From NCBI GenBank assembly GCA_037379345.1, contig CM074520.1:29298664-29362663 (forward strand): a DNA stretch of 64,000 nt, read 5' to 3'. Every line of letters begins with the position of its first letter. Positions within the stretch are counted from its first letter, which is position 1. Below are positions 12,972 to 26,600 of the stretch, piece after piece. The DNA is from Perna viridis. Lineage: Eukaryota. The position numbers were made by a program, and so were the translations under genes. The notes below the pieces were generated by a model that made no database searches, had not been told where the DNA came from, and saw only the letters and a program-made list of their open reading frames with translations.

Positions 12972-14239
12972 GTTTATCCCGCAAATAGTCAACATTGAAA
13001 ACCCGCATAGTAGTTCTGAAAGATGGACATCGTTTGATGAAATGTTGTAACTTTTACTTTTAAACGAGTCATAAACACAGCATAAATATTCAAAATTAAA
13101 CAACAATTTCCGTCATTAAACATGTTTTTCTGATGTGAAATAAATTCTTCCATGACCTACTTTCACTTTTGACAAAGTTACTGATTTGTGAGGTTATGAT
13201 GGTACTATATATATATACAAACGTCTCAGAAGGAGGGACAACCAAAATGTTGCTTCGCAAATTTGACATTTCTTACATCGTTGGGAATTTTAAGACTGAT
13301 TATGTGGTCTGTAGCTGTTTTCTGAATATTAAAAAGAAAAAGTGCATTCGAGGACATTTTGACATACATGTACGTGAATCACCTCCTGTCTGATTTTAAT
13401 AAAGACTGCTACTGAAATAATGGAAGTCAGAGTTGCTGTTGATTCTTGACTGATTTGATGTAATAGTCAAATGTAAACTGAATCTTAATGATTAAAGCAT
13501 AAGTCAGAGAAAGTAAGATTTATTTAATTACAACAGGAGCTGTCTAAAAAAGCATTACAATCTTGATTACTACAGCTATATACAATGTATAACATAAAAG
13601 ACTGTAATGATGATATAGGCAAAATAATGAACATGAAAATGATATTTTTCATAGCTCTAAGTAACTTGTTTATGAACATATTTCATAGCCTACTTAGGTT
13701 GTTAAAATTACAGATTAAAATATTTATTATTTGTGTACTTCAAGGTTGAGAAAAGCAGTATTTTAAGCAAAAATTTTACATAGAAGACTTTTACTTTTCT
13801 AGTTTGTAATTGAACTGAAGCTTTTTGATCCATTTTCTTATAATTTATTGTATGGACAAAAATTGTGGTTGTTTAAAAATGTTGAAAAGTTGCCAAAAGC
13901 ATTTACAATGCATGTACCATAATTTTAATACCCTATCAGAAACCCTGCGAAAAGTTTGTCTCTGTCAGTGCTTGAGGGTTTCCAGTTGATAACTTGAAAA
14001 CTGATTAATGAACTTTCAGTAAGGCTATTTTGAACACTTTGCCGTCCCCTTTTATAACCATTACATGGCATAGTATCATTTAATGTTCATTAATGTCCTA
14101 TTTTTAAATTTGTTTTTTACCAAAATCACAAAAGTTTAACATAAGTCTAGTAGCTGTCTGTACATCACAATAAAGGGATACCTACTTTGTGTAATTTGTA
14201 TCTCAAAAAAGTTTAAACTAATATTATTCAATCTTAGCA

Positions 14240-15091
14240 GTGTTTATTTACATATTGTTTCAAATATCTATTACCAAAAGCTACTAGAATGACCTACTGG
14301 ACAGGTGCAAGAACTCCACAACAGGACAGGTTAAGACGAAGTGAAGGTTCCTTAGATCTTATGAACCAATTGTTTGCTGTTTTGATGCGTTTAAAATTAG
14401 GTCTTTTTGTTCAAGATATAGCTGACAGGTTTAATATTTCAGCAGGAACTTTTTCTAAATATTTTTCAACCTGGATTTGTCTCCTGCATTATGAACTGAA
14501 AATTTTAAATTCATTTCCTACTGGAGAAATTATTGATAAAAACATGCCTGACAGTTTTAAGAACAAATATCCTTCTACTAGAATGATATTAGACTGTACA
14601 GAAATTTTTGTGCAGAGAGCAAACAGCTTTATTAATCAGTATGTTACTATTTCTGCATACAAGCACCATAATACTTTTAAATTTTTGGTTGGAATTACTC
14701 CATCAGGGGTTATTTCTTTTGTATCAGAAGGATGGGGAGGGAGGGTATTTGATCGGCAGATCACTATGGAATCAGGTGTTTTAGAATTGTTGCAGGAAAG
14801 TGATAGTGTTATGGCTGATAAGGGATTTATTATAAAAGATTTGTTAGAAAAACAAAAGTGTATGTTGAATATTCCTCCTTTTCGAGGTGTTCTGCACAAT
14901 TTTCCACAGCAGAGGTCTTTGAAACTCAAGAAATCGCAGAATTAAGAATACATGTAGAAAGAAGTATAGGTAGAGTTAAGAATTATCACATACTAGATGG
15001 TATATTACCTTTGTCAATTGCGCCATTATCTGCTAAGATTTTTCAGGTTATTTGTTGGCTTACAAACTTTGATGTTCCTTTGGTGCAATGA
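14240..15091 (+). pseudogene. Harbinger/ISL2EU-type DDE transposase (HTH + DDE), one frameshift near 14885
   Basis: QLFAVLMRLKLGL..DIADRFNIS (HTH); LDCTEIF, YKHHNTFKFLVGITPSG, GWGGR, MADKGF, then RIHVERSIGRVKNY in the shifted frame. Confidence 0.9.
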
Positions 15092-15479
15092 AGAAGTTTT
15101 TTTTTAAATGTTTTAGTATTTAAATTTTACTTATAAACTAAGAAGCTGGCCCAAGCCTGTTGTTTTATGTAACCTGTTAAAAATTTGAAACATTGTGAAC
15201 TGTAAATATAGGGGAATAACATGTTATGATTAATAGTGCCATGGTGTTGTTATAATGTTTCATTGAATCTAATTCTTCTTCATTTTAATCTTGATTCACT
15301 GCAAATTTTGAGCATTCATTTGTCATTGTTTGTTATAATTTCTCTTGTGGAAATATATCAGTTATTTTAAATTTATTTTATGACGGTGCATAGCGAATAG
15401 ATATCCATTGTACATGTATAATATAAAAAGGAACATTTTTCTTCACTTAATTATTTTCTAACAAATTTAGAACTACAAA

Positions 15480-15990
15480 AGATGTGTAAATTCAACTAAT
15501 TTTGGCATCATCATTACAACATATTCTTTATCAAAATGAATTCTTTCTATGAATATGTTGTTTTCTTTTGATGCCGTCCAAACAACAAAATCACACCATG
15601 AAAGCCCTTTTATTGCCATCTCTCCTTGAACTTGGGCAAGGTATAGTGTTTTCTTTCCTCAAGGAAGGTCCTAAATCTGAATGAGTTAAACAAAATGTTT
15701 CACTTTCTAGTTTCAATATCTCATCTATTGTCATGTCTTTGATTTGAACCTTGTCCAAAGAAAATGGGCACTTAATCTCCAAAACACCTTTCTGGACTGA
15801 CTCATTAAGACTGTAGTCACAAAAAATCCCATCACTTGATGAACCAAGGAATGAGTGTGATGAAGGTCAAGTTAGCCCTGCTGGTTCCACAGTAATGTTA
15901 CCAAATTTGTTCATCAAATATATATAGTTCTCCCATGCCTCATCTTCCCTCTTCATTCCCCATTTCACAGGAGCTGGAATGCTTGAGTAC
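15480..15990 (-). pseudogene. YqaJ/lambda-exonuclease-like domain
   Basis: Manual reverse translation: APVKWGMKREDEA, FLGSSSDG, VLEIKCPFS, then after a frameshift QVQGEMAIKGLSWCDFVVW...FIERIHFD. Confidence 0.85.
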
Positions 15991-17404
15991 CTAAAAAAGT
16001 TGTTATAGAAATTGAAAAGTAGATTATAATAGATACTATACTAGTGTGTAATAAGATGCCACGCTTGACACAGTTTAGATCCAGGTCAAACCCAGCATGA
16101 ACAGTTGCGCAAATTATGGACACAACATCCAATCTTGATACAGTTCCAAGTTTAGATTCCAATTAAATATTTGACACAGTATAAAATAAACTAGACACTT
16201 AATGGGATTAATACCCCTGCATTCTGTTGAACCTTGTATATTTGAAGATCATTGTGGACACATGATTCATATTGGACACAATTTTTATGGGGGATAAGCA
16301 CTTTTGACAAATAATTTTGCAACATTTCTATAATAACCAACTCCAATCCACAATCAGTACTTTTTTTTGTTGACAACACAAAGACAGAATAAAACTGTCA
16401 ATTACTTAAAACATAAATTCCTGATAATATGCACAATCCAATATGGTAATTTAACACTCCATAAGTTTCATAACAATTCTGGAAGTTGTTAAGGAGTTGC
16501 ATATAATATATGAGACCAAGTTTTGCTGGAAAATACTAATAATTTTTGCCAAATTATAAATTCCTGACAATATGCACATCTCCTTGTGATTATATTATAT
16601 CCCACTAAGTTTCATAACAATGCTGCAAGAGGGATAGACACACAGATAGGGTGAAATCTATATACTCCAATTTCATTTGAGGGGTTATAAAAATGGCCCC
16701 TATATATTCATAAATGGTTCCAATCGCAACCCATAAAATGGATCCCAGCCTTCCTTTGGATGTATTGAATTTCATGATACAATTTCATAGAATAAAGTTA
16801 TTGTCTAGACATTATGACAATGCTTGTTTCCATTCCTTAGTTTCTAAAAAGTTCAAATAACAACCCCTAAAACTAATCCCTTCCCCATCACAAGACCAGA
16901 AGCAGATCCAGATATTCATAAATGGGGGATCCAAGCTACTCTCTAAATTTAGCAAAATTTCCAACAAAAAAGGGTTCTAAACAATGGGGCCCCTACCTGA
17001 TTAGCCAAATAATATCATAAGGTTGTTATTTTACTTCACAAAATGTTGTAGGTGAATATTTGATATTCTTGTACTACTGACCAGTGCAATACAGGAGTTA
17101 TACAATAACATGTACATGTAACAAAGCATTACAGTCAAAGCTAGAATGGTGATGATGAAATTGTTTTGATTGCTGCTGACTCCCTTTTAGAATAGAAAAA
17201 AAAAATTAAAGTGATAGACCAAGTTTTTGATTACCAAATTAGCTCATTGCATACACATTGTAGAACAGAATTTGGACGATAGAAATATAAAAAGATTTAA
17301 CTAAAGAGGGGGGAGTTGATTGCCTTGGAAGATTTCTTCACATTAAAATGTTTATATCTACCATAATAACCTTTTATTTTTTTCATGTACATTGAAACTA
17401 GTTG

Positions 17405-18330
17405 TTATGCCCCCGCGACAAACTGTTGAGGAGGGGGCATATTAATTTACCCCTGTCCGTCCATTCGTCCGGATTACACATAGCTTGTCTTGCTACCTCC
17501 TCGTACAGTTTACAGTACTATATCTAAAATATTTTAAAAACACATGATGAAGGTGTGCAGGGTCAAATGTTTTTGATTTTCGTGAAATTTTACAGAAATT
17601 GGTGATAGTTAAACTTGTCATTTTACTCAGAAACAGGGCTATATGGTTTGTCCGGTTATCTCCTTGTACAGTTTTTGAACTACATCTAAAATATTTGACA
17701 GCATATTTCTACATGTGATGAAGGTGTGAAGGGTCAAAGGATTTTAATTTTTGTGAAATATTACAGAAATTGGTGAAAGTTAAACTTACTTATTTTCGTC
17801 AAAAATATGACTATATGGCTTGAATGGTTATCTCTTTGTGTTTTTTTTTGCAGGATGTTTCTACACATAACATGCAAGGCCACAGGATCTTGTTTTTTCA
17901 TGAAATATTACGGAAATTGGTGAAAGTTAGACTTAGTCATTTTCATCAGAAATAGGGCAATATGCCTAATATGGCTTGTATGGCTACCTCTTCATCTAAA
18001 ATATTTTTGCAGGATGTTTCTTTACATAATGATGGATCTCGATTTTCATGAAATATTACAGAACTGGGTGATTGTTAGACTTTGTTATTTTTGTCAGAAA
18101 TATATCCCAAGCAACAAAGTTAGGGATTTGTTATGGGGGGTATTAACAATTTTTATGTGTCCATTAATACGTCCATCGGTCCTCTTTTTTTTACATCGCA
18201 ACTAGTCTGACACAACCAAACAGAATTTCATGACACTATGTGGCCAGGATACAAAATGTAGATATGCATATATTTAGGAATTTCTGACCCCCAAATTGCG
18301 GGGGCTCCTGTGATAAACAGGCCTTCTAGT
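17405..18330 (+). mobile_element. Helentron-associated (HINE-like) repeat with diverged internal tandem units
   Basis: TTATGCCCC...GGGGCATA hairpin, CTGTCCGTCC head, repeated GAAAT(A/T)TTACAGAAATTGGTGA units, 3' end ...CTTCTAGTT. Confidence 0.55.
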
Positions 18331-18351
18331 TTTTGTTTTCCTCTATCAAAA

Positions 18352-19440
18352 TCAAGCATGTACTTTTTTAACAAGGCAATACCTGTATTTGGAAAGACTT
18401 TTTTTTAAGTCTTTTAAATTCTTCAATACCAAACTAGGGTAGGTGTTTCTGTCTTCTTGATGTCTTGAATCAAATTCCTGAATGCTGGTCTTAGTCTCCG
18501 ATTTCTTAAATGTCAAATTATTGACAGGAACAGGATCTTGTTTCTGTTGTCTAAGAACAACCCATTTACATTTTGAAGAAGTGCAGCTATCTGTGCCCAT
18601 TTGAAACTGAATCAATCGATTCTTCCCATTCAAGGCAAACAACAGTGCCCCAATATGACTGCATGCCTGTCCTAAACTTTATAACATAAGTAACATTTAT
18701 GTGCATACTTGTTGATTATTCAACAATAATTCAATTTGATTTGTAGCAAGCATTCTGATTAGTTGATTCTCTTTGAGCAGAGAACGCACATTTATTTCTC
18801 TACAACCTGGTTTGGTACTATGACATCATTGATGTGTCAACAATCCACAAATCAAAGAATAACGTTTTGTATCAGATTTAATCGTAATATTTGGAATGGA
18901 ATAAATAAGAAATAGAATTAATTGGTACATTTCTATTTTTTGATAAGGTTGTACAAAATAAACTGTTCAAAAACAGAACCATTCCTTACTTAGGGCATAC
19001 TTTGCATACTACTACTAACTTAGGTAAAATTAATTGTAGATTTACCTTCTTGCATTAACAGAAGCAATAATTACACTTAATACTTTTCTTCCATGTATAT
19101 GTACAAGTATATAACAAAAACCTGAAATTGAAAAAAGTCTAAAGATTCAATGTCTTCAACATGAAGATTCTAAAGATTTACATGATTCCAAAATTTCTGG
19201 CAAAAATAATTTAGTCATTGTATAGGTATGTACATGTACATGGATGTCTTTATACAGTTACAACTTTAAACCATTATGATGTCAGAATTATTTTGTCTTG
19301 AGATTTGTAATTGTAAACATACCCAATTGGGCATTGGCAATATGCATACTGCACAACACAGTTATCAGAAGTTGTCACACATACATAGACTGCATACTTC
19401 TCTTTCTTCATGGAGGCAAGACAAGTGTCCTTAATATATA
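18352..19440 (-). pseudogene. SWIM zinc-finger exons of the ISL2EU second ORF
   Basis: CLASMKKEKY...YAYCQCPIG ends at a GTATGT donor (~19321) and joins at ~18679 to LGQACSHIGALLFAL...SCTSSKCKW, giving CxC-x(n)-CxH. Confidence 0.75.
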
Positions 19441-21419
19441 TCACTGTACTTGTAATATATATATACACAATGTATATATATATATATATATATACATTTG
19501 TATATATACATGTATGAATGCATGTATCTGGTGGAGGCACAGGGAAATCTCCTCCATTAGCACCAGCAAATGTCTAAATTACAGTATCAATACAATGTCA
19601 GGTGGTTTTTTGTCAATAATTTTTGATAGATTTCACACTTTTCCATAAATGAAAAATATGAAGTATCTTAACACTAATCAACATAAGCATTTCCTTCACG
19701 AAATTTAGCTGATACATGTGTATATCATTTTTTACACAAATGCTTCCAACCAACAATTCAAAATGTTTTAGATCTTTTACATGTATTCCAAAAAAGCTTT
19801 AACTTGGTGGAAGTATTAACTGGCCAAGGGTCTTCAGAAAACATGTTATGGAAACTAATTCATGGTAACCATGGAGATACTATTGCACCTCAAAGGAGTA
19901 GAAAATCCATTTTTTGACATTCTTTCACTGAAAATTGGTTCTATTTTTTTTTTAAAGAATTAAACCATAGGGTCAGAACCCTGGTAAAATCAATAAAGTA
20001 CAGGTATTTTAAGAATTTTAAGGCTACCTGGCCTCTAGAAGTTGCTGTTCCAAACCACGCTAAAAAATGGTCAAGTCATAATAGCCAAAAATGACACCAT
20101 TATAAAGAAAAGGGCTAACATAACTTGTAGCAAAAAAGAACATTCTAATTCAAACTTGTGCAGTTAATTCAGCATGCAAACATTGTATTTTTACTAGTAA
20201 TTTTGATATATGTAGTTGACACCCTGGGTGGGAATCGAACCCACAGGCCAGAATACAGCATTCATCACGTACAAAATTTACTTCTATTGTAACCATTCTC
20301 TCCCCCACAAAGAAAATAATGAAAATAACCAATGAAAATGGGCATTGCCATTCTTAGTTTGATGCATATTGGTTATCAAAGTCAAAAGGAGGAAGATCAT
20401 TGCCTGGTTTTTAAAGTAGTTACATAAATGTAGTTAAATTTGAAAATCTGTAACTGAGTTTGGTAACTGCACTAGCAGATTTTTATCAAGTATTCTGTTA
20501 TATTGATTTGTTTTAGCATCATCATGCACAATATCATGAATATTGTCTTGGTACCTGAATTATAGTTGTAGTTCAAATGTACTTTTCTTAAAATGAAGTT
20601 TAAAGGATTTAAGGCAGATTAATAGCATTTGAAAAAGTGTATTTAGATCAAATATGAAGAAAACACTACATTTTAACAATGGAAACATATCAGTTTTTAG
20701 TTAAATGTTAAAATGTTAAAAGTTATCCTCACCAGTGAACTGTCCTAATATATCCTTTTGTAAAGAAATACATGTTTTGATATGACCTGTTAAACTTTTA
20801 AAAAATGTACATACATATCTGTTCCATTGTTACTCTCCTAGGCTCTGGCTATTCAAGAAAGTAAACCCTATTGAACAAATGTATCCCTGATTGTACTTTT
20901 TATCCAAATGGAAGCACAGCTTCTCTAGGATTGGAAAGTCAATCATCATGATCAATATCTATTTAAATATATCCCATAAGATGTGTACAAAATTCAGTGT
21001 CCATTTGATTATGTGGATGACTGTTATATTTCTGGAATCTGTACAAGCAATGAATAAAAAAATATTTTAAACAAAAGTTTTGATACTGCTTGTAAGGATG
21101 AAAATAAAAGTTAAATTATTTTGAAGCTCTTCAGACTTGTTTGTATATAGATAAAACCTACTCCATATTAGCATATATGCATTGTAACAGAAAATGAAGT
21201 TTTAACAAAAAAAAAGACTATAATTCATATTATTTGGTAAATCGTTTAAAAGCATTTTAAATAAAAATAAATTAATTTGAGATAAATACTGTAATTTGAT
21301 TGGTTAAAATAATTTTGTTATATCTCAATGGATAAAAAAAATATTGACACGTCCCCATTCAGTTAGATTCAGAGCTACTTTTCTCATGTTTAAAGATACA
21401 AGTATGTTTTAAAATTAAT

Positions 21420-21590
21420 TTATAAGAATTGGCTATGATAAAAATTTTGTCTATTGAAAAATTACATAAATTTTCCATGTGCATATTTTGTTTATTAAAC
21501 TTTGCACAATAAACAATATGCACATGGAAAATTTATATTACATGTATTTTTCAATGGATAAAATTATTATCATAACCAATTCTTAAATAA
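21420..21590. repeat. Long AT-rich imperfect palindrome
   Basis: AAGAATTGG...TAAATTTTCCATGTGCATATT is mirrored by AATATGCACATGGAAAATTTA...CCAATTCTT. Confidence 0.75.
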
Positions 21591-21639
21591 TAATTATAAT
21601 AATAGATTGGCTAATGTTTTGGAAGAGAATGATCTCTAA

Positions 21640-22400
21640 ATTGATTGCTTAACGTATGCTGATGACACTGTATTATTTCAAGAAATACAGCAATAACGAG
21701 ATAAATCAGGCTCTTTTTAATCCAAATGGTGTTTAAATGTGAATTTTGTTTTATTTTTTTTTAAATCAGGAAGGCATTTAGATTATCAGTTTCATGAAGA
21801 TGGTAGATTTATTGATTGCATGTACCAATATAAAATATTTGGGCACTACATTTGTATCCAGTGGTAAATTCACTCAGTGTCAGTAAGAATTATACAACTC
21901 CAGCAGCTTGTTAGAAAGAGGTACAGTATATTCTTGTGAAAGTTTTTGAAAATGATGCATCTGAAGATAACTGTGATCAAATTTATGAAATACAGTATAT
22001 GTTAAGTGTTAAAAAATCAAGTAATTTTGCTGAGGTGTCTGAACTTGGAAGGTATTTTATGTACTATCAATGTTAAAATATTATTCCACATAAGAGAAGG
22101 TGGATAGTGGGTTATTGTTTGATCCATACATGTATATGTGTATTATAAATCTTCCTCAATACAATGCTATTTTATGGCTACCTTGAATTGAATTTATTCT
22201 TACAAAGCTTGAAACAAAAAATATTGACTACAGCAATTTACAAACATGATCACTGACAAGTTATTTCACCGTTATAATGCTGTTTTGGATGCTCATTGAG
22301 ATCATTTCAAATCTGCACAAGGATAACAATTTTCTTTTTTCATTTAAAACTTCATTTGGTATAGAAAAATAACTTGGATTTAACGGAATTATTAGACAAT
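21640..22400 (+). pseudogene. Highly decayed CR1-group LINE remnant
   Basis: TATGCTGATGACACT (YADDT) at ~21655 and GAACTTGGAAGGTAT (ELGRY) at ~22041; no continuous ORF. Confidence 0.4.
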
Positions 22401-23409
22401 CAATCTGTAAATAAAACTAAGTGTTCACCCTTTAATGGTTGATACAGACCAATATTCCAAAACAAGAAATAAATCATTGCGATAATGTCAGTACTATTCA
22501 TTACATTAAGTTTATGATGAAAATTATTTATTATGATAAATATAATTGAATGCCCATCATTATATATATAATGAGCAAATTGAGACTGACCTTCATGTAA
22601 AATGTTTAAATGTACCATTCCAGAAATTTGCCATTTGGATACTAATTCTGAATCAAATTTTATTTTTCTCCCAAGAACATTTAACTCATAACAAATAATA
22701 TATGATTATAATTCTGAATAGTCTCTTCATTTAGGTTAAAAAACACTGGTTCTGTCCCAGCTCTTAATTGAAATTTTCTATCACAATTGACAATGTGTCA
22801 ATCATTTGTATGTAATTCTATGCTCTATCAAAGGGCTTTTAAATTGGACTAAATGACTCTTATTTTAATCAGACAGTGGTTCAATGGAAGAAAAACGAGA
22901 AGTCACAATAATGTTACTAAAGATCAACTTGATATTGTTGAATGTATTTTCAATTTTCATGGTTAGAGTTTAGAAGTTCTAAATACTAAATGGGAACAAA
23001 ATACCGATGATTCTACACCAAATTCTGATGAGAAATGACCTCTTTTGACCTGTTGACAAATACAGTCAGGACAGGTAAACACGTGTGTTAGTTCCATTGG
23101 GGTGTAGGTCGAGACAATGGCTTGATAAATGAAGCACCTACTAATGCTGAGTCTAGCGATGAAGACCACGAAAGCACAACCATATGTACATGCACTTCAC
23201 CAACAGTGTGTTCGCATTGTTGTTGGATCCTTGTGTAACCCATACACTACAGCTAACGAGTATTTTGAAGTGGCCACTCGCACACGGTGGACAAATCAAG
23301 TTGTCCACGCTTTGCGCACCCTTAATGCCCACGGTGGACAGACGTCCACGTGCCCACCGTGTCAGGTGGACAATATAATGTCCACGCCCACGGTATCCGG
23401 TGGATGCGT

Positions 23410-23671
23410 TTGTTGGGGTTTAACGTCCGAGCAGCAATATTTCAGCTATATTCAGACAATGAACATGAAGTGGATGATAAAATGAACATGAAATGATGAA
23501 ATGAAAAAAGGGATGGGACACAAGGACAATGGGGGATCGGCAAATTTTGATTGCCACTGGAAATAGGGAGAGGTGGGTAGGGTCGGACAATTTAGCCTCC
23601 TGTGGCGGAGCCCTATGGTTCCTACTCTTGGAGAATACCACAGTAGGGTTCTTCAACGTGCGAGGAACGTG
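23410..23671 (-). mobile_element. SINE-like retroposon copy 2 (5'-truncated)
   Basis: Reverse complement of the 3' half of the family; 13-bp TSD CCGGTGGATGCGT at 23397-23409 and 23672-23684. Confidence 0.9.
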
Positions 23672-26600
23672 CCGGTGGATGCGTGATAACCTGTTGATTG
23701 TACACCTGACCTGTCACCAGATTGTTACAAACTGTAAATTATGATGTTCAAGAAAACCGAGTATTTGCGAACTCATTGTTTTACTGACAACCTATTTAAC
23801 GCAGTTGTATTTTCTTAGTGAAAGAACGGATTTGAAGCAAACACGTGCAACTTTAACTTACAGTCTATAAATAACCAATTTCGGTAGTGTGTCATTTCAA
23901 CAAAATTTGAAAGCAGGAAGCATCATTGGAAGATGATATATGATCCAGAATTATTGAACTGCGTAGTTCATGAGTTTTCAGATGGCAATGGATTTAACCG
24001 CATATTATCCGAAGCACAAGTTATCCAAATATAGTGATGGGTGAAAATATCCTCTCTTAAGTTGAATATGCAGTTCTTTTAGATTTAACGCACCATAGAC
24101 AGTTGAACGACTTATTTCTTCCGTTTTTTTTTTCTTCACTTAGTTCAACAATTTTTGACTCCGATTAATTTTGTTATTATATAATAACAGTAGCATACAA
24201 ATTGTAAATTAAAATGTTAAAAAAATTGAGTACTTGCGAACTACTTATTTTACTGACGGGTTTCGTATGTAATAATTCTAAAAAAAAAAAAAAGAACAAA
24301 GTCTTTTAAACCAATAACTATAAAAATGCTTTGAGTGTGTCAATTTCTTATGCAAATTTGATAAACGCCTTTGTAACATCGTCGACCAATCACGTTTTAT
24401 CAAAAGGTGTGGCCCTGTGTTTTGGGCATCGTATGAGATAAATTGACATTTCGTTGACACAGCAACAATTATCGATCGACGAACAACGTGCCTTATTTGC
24501 ATAGATAATAAGAAGAGTAATAATACATGAAAGTATTTAAAATTCGACACCGTCATTAAAAAAAAAAAAATGTTTTCTTAAATTTTTCATAACGTTTACT
24601 TAAATCATAACTTTTCATTTTACGAGTCAGACTTTTTAATTAAAAGTAATTTACATGTAATTGCCGAAACTCTTCGCATATCAAGTTATTAATCAAAATG
24701 CGCTTCGAAAATGGATTTCCTTTAAAGTGTTTATTTTGAAATCTCGTAAATTTTTTTAGAATCTTCTGAAACTTTATTCCAGAAACATTATTACTTTTAT
24801 TTTTCGAATTATCCATTGTTAGTTTATGAATATACAAATTGTGAATAACACAAGTCAATCCTATGTTTATTTCAATAGTTAAATGTTAACTGTTCTTGTA
24901 AAATCATGCTCAATACAAGTATTGTTTTTTTTCTTTTAACTAAACGTAATGATTTTGTAAAGTATTTGTGATTTTCATATCATAGCCACCTAGAAATAAA
25001 ATTAATCAATGTGTTTACAATGTAAACTTAATTAGTCAAAACAGTATTATTCTTGTAAGGTCACATTGAGCCAATATACAGGAAGTGGTCGATTAACAGC
25101 TAATTAACGAGAAGGAATTGTTTGGTAATATTTAGATTAAAGAATAAAAAGAAACCAATTTAATGTTTTATGATTGCAGAGACGTATTAGGGACATCCAA
25201 AGTTTTATTTTTAAATAAGTATTTCGACATTTAAAATCCCTTATAAAGTATAAAATAGTATTTGAATCCCCCAGATATAATCTGATAAAAAATCAAATTC
25301 TTCTAGTATGAATTTTACGACTAACTATGTATATAATAAATTCATTGGTATCTTTATTTACACAGGTGTGCCGACTTAGTAGGCCTTTTACTGAAAATCT
25401 CAATATTTCAATACTAAAACGGGACAAAAATGAGTTATTTTGTCTTTCATTTGTAGTTGTTGAAATGGATACATATTAAATTAATCATAATTGAGAGTAT
25501 TATTCAAATTTTAGCATATTTAAAATTCGTAACACCAGCCCACAGTCGTTTCGATTTTATTTTCGAATTTCATGAAGGTTGCACTCATCGTATATCTCGT
25601 TTATTTGTTGACGGTTGTTGACAAAAAAAAAAAAAAAACAAAAAAAAAACATTTTGTTACTTCTAAATCTTAATACACACGTGCATGAAGGTCTAATCAT
25701 GATTAAATCACTTACATGAATACGGCTTCTAAGGTACATGTAAGTGTCGATAGCTAATAAGCGCCTGTTAACTGTCCAGTTTCAGTTTACAATACTTTGA
25801 ACCACACCCTCCATATTCCTATAATTTATCACCTGTCAATCAACGTTACTGGAGCTTTACTTAAAACCACACCCTTGACATTTTATTTAATCGATTACCT
25901 GTCAATCAAAGGTCCGAGATAGAAGACCTGCATCTTTAGCCACCGTGAGAAATTCAAAGCAAAATAATGCAGTGCCGTAAAAGGGGATGCAGTTGTAAAT
26001 AGTTTTATCTTTCAAATGGACTGCACATCCAATCTTAGCTGATTTTCTCTAAGAATTTTAAATTTTATAAGCAAAAAGAGGGTGCAATTTTTCCATCACA
26101 TGGCCGTTAAAGTATTCTTCTCAGAATTCAACTTACAAGATTAGTTGTTGTTTCCAAATTCATACATGTTATGTTGAACTATTCAGTATTTCTGAATATA
26201 TTCTAATCCAACAAGTAACACTTGAGTAACGTTAAATTAAATTTTCTTCTATAACACGATTTATTTTTGACAAGTGATAGCGCTGCACTGTATTAAAACC
26301 TGCCGCTACCGTTAATTTATTAACTGTCATTTAAAGAGATCAAATGGCACCTATCAAAGGTTACCACGATTTCCTGTATTTATTCCATTAATTGGTTGAT
26401 GCTCACGCTTCTCTGCTTTAATCCTGCCCACAGGTAATTGATGACTGTCAATTATAAAGAAGCTCCATTGACACCTGTGCAATATTGTTACCAATAGTTC
26501 ATACAATTAGATACGCTTTTAAAATACAACAGGACCGTAATATTTATTACGTAAGAATGGGTTTTAACTCCGATTCCTGTTAAAACGGAACAAGATTTAA

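Larger units (their letters stand above)
6286..19460. mobile_element. Decayed ISL2EU-type (PIF/Harbinger-related) DNA transposon; boundaries approximate
   Basis: Convergent THAP...DDE gene (+) and SWIM...YqaJ exonuclease gene (-), the two-ORF layout known for ISL2EU; matching TIRs were not found. Confidence 0.65.

Noticed and set aside
20215-20250. tRNA gene (B-box-like motif; similar at ~42830-42890 and ~63310)
   Set aside because: No cloverleaf can be built; at most these are decayed tRNA-derived SINE heads
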